Source: Sphyrna mokarran (Eukaryota). From it: a stretch of 64,000 bases of DNA. Shown here one piece after another: positions 24,216 to 34,824 of the stretch; the stretch's first letter is position 1; each line of letters opens with the position of its first letter. The position numbers and the translations under genes are program-made. The notes under the pieces were generated by a model that saw nothing but the letters and a program-made list of their open reading frames with translations, did no database searches and was not told the DNA's origin. Where the stretch lies: assembly GCA_024679065.1 (NCBI GenBank), contig JAGIQG010000029.1, positions 34,224,001 through 34,288,000 of the forward strand, written 5' to 3'.

Positions 24216-24584
24216 TACACAGTCTGATCCCATAGCAGCCCCAGTGTTTCTCTTTGCTGGAGGTTAAGTGATGTCAGTGACAAATAAAATGTGACACTTT
24301 CTCCCCACAACCCTCACACCCCCCACCCCCATACATTTAGGAGGGGTCAGAGCCTTTGCTTTTACTTCTCCTCTCAACTTTACTCATTGGGAAGGGAACA
24401 AGACTCGAAATAAAGACACTGCCAGATTGAAAGTGAATATAAGTCAGTGAGAACAGGCGTGGTGACTGAATGGAAATTGTTTTGAGTTTGAATCCATTCA
24501 GTAAGGTTTTAGATGAACTCAGATTTGCGGAGGGGGTGGGGAAGGGGAGGCAGAGTGAAAGAGTGGTCAAATGCTGGACTGTAG

Positions 24585-24712
24585 CAGGATCATTAAGGCG
24601 CGAAACATTAATTCTGTTTCTCTGTCCACGGATGCTGCCAGACCTGCTGGGGTCTTCCAGCATGGTCTGCTTTTATTTCCAATTCCAGCATTTGCAGCAT
24701 TTTGTATTTATT
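24585..24712 (+). mobile_element. PLE-like repeat fragment
   Basis: cgaaacattaattctgtttctctgtccacggatgctgccagacctgctg...ttccagcatttgcagca. Confidence 0.6.
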
Positions 24713-25868
24713 TGAGTTTATTGGGATAGTTCCGTCTCGAGGTAACATGGATGAATGATCAGAGGCAGGAGAGGACGGTGGAGATCTTGGTGATACAGAT
24801 CTGTGGTTGGAATCTCATCTTGTGATCAAACATGATGAGGCTGTAAAGGGAGTGATTCAGTCTCAGAGCTTTACATGTGCTTATTTAAGCTTCTGAGTCA
24901 AGAACCGTAGATTGAAATGGCACAGCGGGAGGCCCTTTGACCCATCTTCACTATGCTGGCTCTTCAAAAGATCTATCCAATTAGCCTGTTCCCCTACTCT
25001 CTCTCATGTCGTTGGCTGCTCCTTTCAAAGGTGATTTTTTTTCCATTTGCAAATATGAAAACTCAGAACGCAGAGTAAATCTACAATATTGGAGGAGAGG
25101 GGAAAAGGTTGGTATAGCTAAGGATTTACAAGCTGGAAGAGGAATAAGGAGATCCATTATACAAGTTGAATAATGGAAAAAAAACGTCAATCTCACAGCA
25201 ACTCAGATAGTCCAGGAACCAACTTTAACTCTCCTCATATTGTGGTCTTCTCTCTGACATTATTGACCACATCCTCTGAATCAACATGAACAATGTCAGG
25301 GAAGATCCATTTAGTCCTTTTTTTAGTACATGTACAGCACGGTGATTACTTATTGCACTGATATTGGCAAGTAAATATCATGCTAATCCCAAATTCTGGG
25401 ATTAAATCACCATTTTACTGTTGCTGTTTTTTTTTTCTGAAAACCAGGGTTGGATCAGTGTGTCGAAGGAATCACTCTGTGGGTTTGAGAAAGTCAGGGC
25501 ATCATCTTAATGATGGGGACAAGGAGCAATGGGGTAAATTACCCACTCCCAACCTGGAGGCACTTGTAACATGGAGTCACACATGAGATGAGAGCATCAG
25601 AAACTTGGTGCAAATGTCCCAGTTTCCACCATAGGTGGAATATTAACTATTACAGCACATGAAAAGGACACTGGATCATGCATATGCTCCATGCAAGCCT
25701 CCTATTATCTCTTTCCATTTTACATTGTGTTGTATCCCATCAACATCTCCTTCTGTTCTTTTCCTCATCATGTGTTTATTCATGTTTCTCTCGAATGTAT
25801 CTATACTTTTCACCTCAACTATTTCCTGTGGTGGCAAGTTCCATTTTCTCTTGATTTCTTTCTTGCAT

Positions 25869-26166
25869 TTAGAATCAAAGAATCCCTATAGTGCAGAAGG
25901 AGACCATTCGGCCCATTGATCCCGCGCCCATTCTCTGAAAGAGCATCTTATCCGGGCCCACTCCTATCCCCTGTAATCCTACACATTTGTCACGGTCAAT
26001 CCACCTAACCTACCCATCTTTGGACTGTGGGAGGAAACCAGAGCACCCAGAGGAACCCCACACAGACATGGAGAGAACAAACTCCACACAGTCACCCAAG
26101 GTCAGAATTGAACCTGGGTCACTGGTTTTGGGGCAGCAGTTCTAATCACTGTGCCACCATGCTGTC
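25869..26166 (-). mobile_element. V-SINE with CR1-type tail
   Basis: Reverse-complement consensus match. Confidence 0.85.
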
Positions 26167-26267
26167 TGTATTGTAGTGGGTTTGCTGCTGTTGTAACTCG
26201 GTGCAGAAGATTCACGTTGTTTGGAAGCAATGGTTTTTGCCTCCATGTTCTAAACCACAGGAAATTA

Positions 26268-26555
26268 CAAAGGAGGCACAGGCTCAAAGTGAGAGGGAGA
26301 AAGTTTAAGGAAGATGTGTGGAGGAAGTTTTTCACGCAGAGAGTGGGGATGCTTGGAATGCACTGCCAGAGGAGGTGGTGGAAGCAGACACATTAGCAAC
26401 ATTTAAGAGGCGTCTGATGGGTACATGAATAGGGAGCGAATAAAGGGATACAGAACAAGTAAGGGCAGAAGGTTTATTTTTTAGTTTACTTAAGACATCA
26501 TGATTGACACAGGCTTGGAGGGCTGAAGAGCCTGTTCCTGCACTGTACTTCTTTT
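26268..26555 (+). mobile_element. CR1 (HER1-like) LINE 3' end
   Basis: HRLKVRGRKFKEDVWRKFFTQRV C-terminal CR1 ORF2 motif followed by the tail. Confidence 0.85.
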
Positions 26556-27929
26556 TTGTTGTTTAAAGAAAACAGATTGAGTAGTCCCTTGATGAGAGGG
26601 CTGAAGATCCATTGAATTTTCAAGCATTTAATGGGGAAAATGGTGAGAGAAAAGGACGAGGATTCTTGGATAAAATGCTTTGAGTGTAAGGGGAAGTACA
26701 AGGGGGTGCTATTGAAAGATACAAGTTCTGAGTGGGGGAAGTGGGAGCGGTTGGTTATTTCGGGGATTGTTTAGTTAGTGTTGAGAAGGAAAGCTGATGA
26801 CAGAGGCAGCTGGATTCAAGTTATGATCCAGTAGCTTGCTGTCAAGGTCCAATCATGCAACAGGTACATCTAATAGAATGGCAGGACAGGTTGAAAGGGT
26901 TGAATGGTCTCATTCTGTTCCTGTAAAGGGTTTAAGTTAGAGTTTCTGCATTGAAGAACAATTGGGAAGAGATGGCAGTGAATGGAGAGACCATTGTTTG
27001 CTTTTTTCCTTGTTTTATTTTGGGAATTCTTCACAGATTCGGAGCTGCAGCGTCAGGACAAGAACTCCTTGATTCTCTGCCTTTCAAAAGATTATGACTT
27101 TCTAAAAATATGCAATCTATTAAACTGTAGCAGGGGTGACTTATCAAAAGTGAACTTTTGTTGCTTCTGGGAGATGAAAGTGTTGACTAACTGGGTCAGT
27201 TACTGCCCTGGGCTGCCTCAAATCACATTGTCTTCATCTTAATTGCTTCCTTGGTGATAACAGTCTATTAATGCTGTCCTGTTCTCACCATTCGCTCCCC
27301 GGTGTACAATACAGCACATTTATTTCTAGATTTTGTGACTGGCAGTGATTTGCGACGCAAAGAGCTACGTTAATGCACAGCTACATTGGGCAGAGTAGGC
27401 TCAAGAGGCTGAGTAGCGTGCTCCTTCCCCTATTGCTCATGTTCTTGCCTTCAACTCAATATTTTCTATCTGGAGGTGGATGAAGAAAAATCATTTGGGC
27501 ATTAAGAACAAATCATTTTTATTTTTCCAAAGAAAATATTTGTCAGGAAGTATTGGAAAGGCCGTTTGACAGTTAAGAACCATCAAATTAGAGCATGGAC
27601 GTTTGTTTTCTGATAGGTTGTGGGGAAACCAGGGTGAAGATGGGCTTTTCACTGGACCCAAGGGAAGGCTGGAGTAGAGAGGGTGGGGGGTGGGGGGGAG
27701 GAGGGATGCGTGGGGGAGGGTGGTGGTGGTGGCAAAGCGGGGTAGGCTGGTTGGAAAGATGCCATTGTGTGATGAGATCTCTAGGATTCCATCCAGTCTG
27801 AGTTAGCAACCCACTCTTTGTTATGTGGAGCGCGGCTCATGATTGGGTTCACTCCTTTTGTGTCTGCATCAGAGGGAAGGTGTGAGGAGACAGAGAGAAG
27901 GAATGCATTGGTGCTAAAGTGCTTGGGAT

Positions 27930-28560
27930 GGTCTCAACATCAAAATTTGTACCCCAGGGTGGCAAGGCCAAAAATAAAACAGCCAACCAAGCACAAGGCT
28001 TTGTTTCCCCAGGGTTCGAACTGAATATAGGGAAGTTATGCTAAACCTGTACTGAACCGTGTTTCAACCAGTTTGATCACCATATTATAAAAAGGACACA
28101 GAGGCAATGGGGAGAGTGCAGAAAGATTTACAAAAGTGATATTGGAAATGCGTGGGTTTACGTATCAGAAAAGGATTGACGCGCTGGGTTCCCTCTGAAG
28201 ATAAGAAGGCTGAGTGATGATTTAATGGAGATCTTTAAAATTCTGAAAGGTTTTGACAGCGTGCATGCAGAGAGGATGTTTCCTTTTATGGAGAAAAGAA
28301 TAAGCAGAGGCCGTGAATATCAGGGTAGTCACCAGGGAATTCAGAAGAAACCTCTTTGTCTAAAGAGTGATGAGAATGTGGCACTCACTCCCGCAGGGAG
28401 TGGTTGAAGTAAATAGACAAGGTGCATTAATGAGCAACAAGACCAGTAGACCCAGGAGAAGGGAACAGAGGGATATGTTGACTTAAATGAGAAAAATAGA
28501 AGCAGTTGTGATTGAAATGCAATTGGCAGTATGGACTAGTTAGGTCTGTTTGTGTTCTGT
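27930..28560 (+). mobile_element. Degraded CR1 LINE 3' part
   Basis: EIFKILKGFDSVHAERMFP motif typical of the CR1 ORF2 C-terminus. Confidence 0.75.
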
Positions 28561-30199
28561 ATAAGTTTGAATTTATTTATTCGTGTCACAAGTAGGCTTA
28601 TATTAACACTGCAATGAATTTACTGTGAAAATCCCTATTCGCCACATTTCACTTGTACCTTATCTCTTGCCCTATCATATGCTGCAATCAGGTTTAAATT
28701 AAACTTCTGAGCTGCAGTTATGTGTATATCTGCCTGATTTTTATATTGACTTTCAAAATGCTGCCCATTTTGCACCCCAAAAAAGATGAATTTTACCCCA
28801 ATACCTCAATATTAGATAAGAGTCTGTTAAATCCTTCTCCCACTCTCCACTGGGAAACAGTTCCAACAGGATTCTTTTTTTTTCCCCCTAATAGGGAATG
28901 AGGAGAAATGTTCACTCTGACTGTGTATAAGTTGCCCCACATCCCTGAGTTCTCCTGTGACTGGGTGAGTCACGCTTATAGTCCCTGGTCTGTGTGGAGC
29001 GTGTTATCTGAGGGCTGCAACTGGCCTCTGTCCTGCAGGCTAGGGAGATAAGACCAGCCAGGCTTCAGTTTCTGATGACTTGCAGTGAATAGAGTATCTC
29101 GAGCCACAGTGGGAGAGGACATAAGGCCCAGCTGTGATGGGCTTTGTAGTAATCCAGTTTTGATGTGTGGCATCTTGAGGACAGTAACATGTGGGACTGT
29201 ACCCCAATAAGAGTCAGCACCTTCAGGGGAGGGGTGGCGTCAGCAAAATTGATCGGGGAAGAAAAGAACACACCACCTTTATTTTCTCTAGTCTTGGGTT
29301 AACATGAGTTTTGATCTGTCCATTTCTCTGTTATTTTTCAATTGTTGATCGATTTCAGTTGCTTTTTCCTTTTCCCAGTTCATTTTGAGGAATATCTGGC
29401 GAGTTTGTGAGGGAGTCAGATCTGAAATGGTTCCACCCCGGGGAACATCCATTAAGCAAGCAATCAGGCACGCAACACTTCATGGCTCAATGAAAACGCT
29501 GGTGTCATCTGCTCAGTGAACACATCAAATTCTTCTGGTGATTTAATGCTGAGTTAATGGAGAAACTAAACCAGTATATTAAATGTCAAACTGCATCATC
29601 ATGAGGAATCAGTACAGAGGAACAGTTGTTCTCTGAATCCAGCCTTAAGGGGTGCTGGGGATGAGTACAAAGAACTCTTTGAGTTGGATTGAAGAATTAG
29701 TTTGCTAGATAGTGGGGTTGGGTGTTGTTTTCTCTCAATGCAGTAAGGTCTTTGCCATCTAGACTCCACTAAGTCATTTGTTTTTAAAAGCTTTTTAAAA
29801 AAATCTAATTATGGTTTTTAAAAAAAAGGCCATTTACATAACCCAGGCGATCTTGTGCTACTCAGTCTAGTATCTGGTGAATTTGATCGCAATCCTGCCT
29901 CTTGCATGGTCTGCTGTGTCTCGATCACCCATGTGTTTACTGATCTACATTGATTCCCATTCCAGTTTCTACTTTCTTCATCTGTGTTTATTAATCCAGC
30001 CATGTCCTCATCCCTTCCTATCTCTCTCTCTAATCTTCTCCAGTCCTACAACACTCCAGGATTTCTGCATTCTCCTAGTTTCTTCCACATTTCTAATCAT
30101 TCTGTCACTAGTGCCTGTGTCTTCAGCTGCCAGGACCCAGAGCTTGGGAATGCCTCACTAAATCCCACTCCTCCCAAGCTCTCTTTCAAACTTGTGACT

Positions 30200-31106
30200 G
30201 TATTAACTCTAACATGGCTTTCTTAGAATATGAGATCCCTGATTAAGACAGTAATGGCTCGTCCAATCAGGGAGCTCTGTATCTGCATGTTGATTTGATG
30301 TATTATTGTCACATGTATTGGGATACAGTGAAAAGTATTGCTTCTTACGTGCTGTATAGACAAAAACATATCATTCATAGAGAGGGAAAGAAGAGCATGC
30401 AGAATGTAGTGTTACAGACGTAGCTAGGATGTAGAAAAACAACTTAATGCAAGGTAAGTCCATTCAAAAGTCTGATAGCAGCAGTGAAATTTTTGAGTTG
30501 GTTGGTACGTGACCTCAGACTTTTGTATCTCTTTCCTGATGGAAGAGAGAATGTCTGGAGTGCCTGGGGTCCTTAATGATGCTAGCCAGTTTGCTGAGGC
30601 AGTGGCAAGTGTAGACAGTCAATGGATTGGAGTGATTGACTGGGTTTTGTAGTTTCTTGCAGTCTTGAGCAGATCAGGAGCTGAACCAGCTTGCGTCAGA
30701 CTCTGTGTGGAGTTCACACATTCTCCCCATGTGTGTGTGGGTTTCCTCCAGGTGCTCTGGTTTCCTCCCACAGTCCAAAGATGTGCCGGTTAGGTGAACT
30801 GGTCATGCTAAATTCTCCCTCAGTGTATCCGAACAGGCATTGGAGCGTGGCGACGAGGGGTTTTTCACAGTGACTTCATTGCAGTGTTAATGTAAGCCTA
30901 TTTGTGATTAATAAATAAACTTACAAACTGTGATACACGATAGAAAGCATTCTTTCTGGATGTATGTTGCGTAACATGCAGTGTCAGGGTTGCTGGTACT
31001 CTGGGTTTATATTCTCAGTACGAGGAAGTACCTGTCTGAGTGTTGTTAACTATGTTAATAAATCTAAATCTGGTGAATGACATTGGCCTTGGAGAAGTTA
31101 TTTTAA
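30200..31106. mobile_element. Nested cluster: LTR-like host (30200-30285, 30962-31106), Rex1/Babar 3' end on - (30290-30680, 30925-30960), and a 5'-truncated V-SINE type 2 on + (30682-30924)
   Basis: Rex sequence resumes (caaactgtgataca...) after the SINE tail. The host shares aatcagggagctc and aataaa...ctggtg with 38860-39045. Confidence 0.65.
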
Positions 31107-31602
31107 ACTATTTGACCAAATGTTCCTCATACCTTCTTCTTGGTGGCTGAGCTGCAGAGTTTGGGCAAGTGTGAAGCAGTTTGGGGTAAATTTCTGACAT
31201 GTTGAAGAAATTAGAATTGCAAATTGCTGGGTCATTCTGCAGAACTGGCCAGACACTGATAAATATCCAGGTTAAGCAACGAGGTGAAATATCTGCTCCA
31301 TTTCACAATTCTGTTTTCAAATGTCTGTGAAGAAAATGTGAAATAACTGGCTTAAAGTTTTAATACATTTGACACTGAAATGTGTTATCTGAAATATGAG
31401 GACTGCACACAACACATGATATAATCCGACAACACTATGAGGAGTTCCAATATATTAAAAATCTTGCACATCCATATTTTATTATAAATTGCCATGTCTA
31501 TCTTAATAATGACAAGTACCCTATAAATATATCACACCATATTTACCCTATTTCCCAAATTGGGGATGTTTGTAGTGCCTCAGTTTTGCAACTCTCATCT
31601 TT

Positions 31603-31905
31603 TTAGAATCATAGAATCTCCGTAGTGCAGAAGGAGGCCATTCAGCCCATTGATTCTGTATCGATGACAATCCCACCCTGGCCTTTTCCCATAATCCCAA
31701 ATATTTACCCTGATAATCCCTTGACACTAGAGTCAATTTAGCATGGCCAATCAATTTAACCTACACTTTGGACTGTGGGAGGAAACTGGAGCAGCCGGAC
31801 ATGGGGAAAATGTGCAAACTCCTCACAGACAGTGACCTGAGGCTGGAATTGAACCCGTGTTCTGGCGCTGTGAGGCAGTAGTGCTAACCACTGCCCTTGT
31901 GCTGT
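31603..31905 (-). mobile_element. V-SINE with CR1-type tail
   Basis: tagaatcatagaatc tail, then the reverse-complement core and head. Confidence 0.88.
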
Positions 31906-32164
31906 CCTCTTAGTCTATATTGTGGAGAAACTCTAAGCCAGGCCTTCGTATGACTGAACTGTGACATTCTTGTATTCCCATCCTATATTCTATTCACCTA
32001 TCTGATCAGCTCCTGTACCTGTTCCTGACACTTTAATGATTTATGAACTTGGACTCGAAGTCTCTTCAGATCATTGTTAGTTCTAGCTTTTCACCATTTA
32101 GAGAGTAACCAACTCCCATCACTCTGAGATCCAGAGTGGGTAAACCTCAATACTGCCTACGTTG

Positions 32165-32275
32165 AAATAGAAACAGAAAATGCTGGAAAGACTCAGCAGG
32201 TCAGGCAGCATCTGTGGAGAGAGAAAATCAGAGTTAATGTTTTGAGTCCGTATGAATCTTCTTCAGAGTTAAAGA
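32165..32275 (-). mobile_element. PLE-like fragment with a degenerate minimal hammerhead-like motif
   Basis: Minus strand reads CTGAAGA-AGATTCATACGGACTC-AAAAC-ATTAAC, then ctctctccacagatgctgcctgacctgctgag. Confidence 0.55.
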
Positions 32276-32649
32276 GTAAAGATGCCTGTTGACCAGTTTT
32301 AGTAAACTGTGCAGAGACTTCCAGCCTTGTGGCTGCGTTCAACTCCCAAGGAGGCTCTGTGATTTCCCCTGCTCCATGATTGGCTCCCCAGATCATGTGA
32401 CCCTTCGCAGATTAAAGGGACAATCCCCACATAGGGAGATAGAAATATGATGGATTATTCACATTGGAATCTGTTCTGTCTAATTCACTACATTGATTTA
32501 ATATTGCTTTATGATTTTATGCTTCCAACAGACAGTGTTGTACACAGTATTATGTATCATTGACAAATTTGGATTTGTGACTTCCTAGCCCATCATTGTA
32601 GTCCCAAGTGGGGGAGAAAGGGAGTGGGGAAGTTGGTCTCCCTGATAGC

Positions 32650-32778
32650 CATGGTGTGGAGATGCCGGCGTTGGGCTAGAGTAAGCACAGTAAGAAGTCT
32701 CATTCAGGTTAAAGTCCAATAGGTTTATTTGGTAGCACAAGCCACAAGCTTTCAGAGCACTGCCCCTTCATTAGTACC
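32650..32778 (-). mobile_element. ~130-bp PLE-like mini-element with a 10-bp TSD
   Basis: CCCTGATAGC at 32640-32649 and 32779-32788. Minus strand has CTAATGA-AGGGGCAGTGCTCT-GAAAGCTT and AATAAA. Confidence 0.65.
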
Positions 32779-34194
32779 CCCTGATAGCACAGTGTGTTAA
32801 AATACTGAACCATTGAGATGAGTAAGGGTAATCCATTGCTGAGTTAGCTGATTACACCTCGAGTGGTGTTAGAATGTGATATTCTTGGAATGAGGAAATT
32901 ACAAATTCTGGGGAAAGGCAACAAGGGTTGGAGGTGATCCAATGTTTTATTTTTTTTCATTCTAGGTCAACATCTAGTGACCTTCAACTGGCCAAATGTT
33001 TACCAATGGGCACTTAGTGAGCAGGTTGATTATGATGCGTGTATTGGTGCAGAGGTGATGGGCCAATTGACTGCTCCAGCGCTGGAACAATTCTACAAAA
33101 TCAAAAATTCTGGTTCTGTGCTGCCCAATCTTGGGGTTTGAACATTTGCAATGATTATTGATTCATAGAGGGAAATATTGGTGAATTGTTCCATAGATTT
33201 CAGGTATTGGGAGAAAGCAAATGCAAGGAGAAGATGTCAAGTCTTACTTTTGACACAGCAAGCATGCAAGGAGCTGGAAGTATGTGTGGGTGCTATGGGG
33301 CATTGAACTTTGATCTACAGGCTAACGGAATGGAGGCTGGGCAGGTTTGCCAGGTGCAGAGAAAAACTGGAGACTGAGACTGAGAGTGAGCAGAGAATCA
33401 CCTGTCTAACAAATAACCTTTTTCTTGCATCTTACTTTGGAAGAGAATCAGATGGATTTGCCATTCTCCTTTCCAGCCTGGGATATCATGTGTTAAATTT
33501 ATTTCCAATAATTTAACTGGCTTTTTAATCTGCAGAATGTAAAGTTTGACCTTGATCATTCTAGTCACATTCGCATCATCAGTTTTGCAATTGGTTTAAA
33601 ATAAGATCTCACTAAATTTGTGGGCGGCAATTGTTTTTGCTTAATTGTTAAAAATGGTGAACTTTTAAATGCTATTTCAGATGATGAGGTCAAGCTAGTG
33701 AGTCACAATCCAGAGGTAGTGAGAATGATCAGAGTTCATTATTGCACAACCTTTTGCAAATTGAAATAATTATTTTGTTCTAATCTTATGAATGATGCTA
33801 GCCTCTGGGACCAGATGGAGGTGCAGCTTAAATGACGGTTTATAGAAATCTGCTGAGTTTTCTCTCACTCGAGCTGTGTGGGCGAGTTATTATCTCTGAG
33901 GCTGTGGAGTGCAGCATGTCAAAGTTGGCCTCGGAAAGGAGGTTGAAAGCTCAGCTGTAGAGTTATTTCAGATTTAAAACAGAAATAAACTGCATCGCTC
34001 CATAACTTGGGTGATGGTTCCTTAACTTTTAAGAAATACTTTTTAAACTGTGGTAACTGTGATGTAACAACTTGAGAAGGAGGAGGAATTGGCCATATAG
34101 TCATTGCCTATTGAATAAGATCATTATTATATTATCATTCAGAAGAACGCCAGGCAACCAATTTACACACTGCAAGATCTTACATGCTTAAGTT

Positions 34195-34810
34195 TTAAGT
34201 TTATTTATTAATGTTACAAGTAGGCTTGCATCAACACCGTAACACTGTGAAAATCCCCTAGTTGCCATGTTTCGGCGCCTGTTTGGGTACACTGAGGGAG
34301 AATTTAGCATGGTCAACCTAACGAACACATCTTTCGGACTGTGGGAGGAAACTGGAGCAATGCCCTCCTGTACTCTTCACTGCACCAGGTTGATTCCCCC
34401 ATGCTGGTGGTATTGGTAAAGTGGGGGATAGGCTGGGTCATGAGGCTACATTGTGATTGAGTACAATTCTGCTTCATGGATGCCCAGCCTTGAGTTGCTG
34501 GATCTGTTTGAAGCCTGTCAATTTGGCACTGTGATACTGTCACATGACATGATGGATGGAATCCATGGTGTGAAGTTGGGGCTTTGTCTCCACGTGGAAT
34601 GTGCGGTGATCGCTCCAACTAATACCATCATGGACAAGGGTATCAGCAGCAGGCAAATTTGTGAGGATGAGGTCAAGTCTGTTTTTCCCTCTTGAAAAGA
34701 TTTGTTCCTATTGGAGGAAGGTGCTGTGTTGTTACCACAGTCAAACTGCCGTCCTCTGTGGGACTCCCCTTCAGAGGATATGATGAGTCAACATTGTCAA
34801 CTCGAAGAGG
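34195..34810 (-). mobile_element. Partial V-SINE type 2 (34195-34358) abutting a LINE fragment (34360-34810)
   Basis: SINE tail and core on the minus strand. The adjacent sequence resembles a LINE ORF2 N-terminal region; that part is less certain. Confidence 0.6.
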
Positions 34811-34824
34811 TTGTTTTTTTTTTT

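Noticed and set aside
28908-28964. ...SCDW followed by GTGAGT as UBASH3B exon 2
   Set aside because: Upstream residues (MFTLTVYKLPHIPEFS) do not resemble QKALASTGGRSVQAA, and joining it to exon 1 gives an immediate stop.
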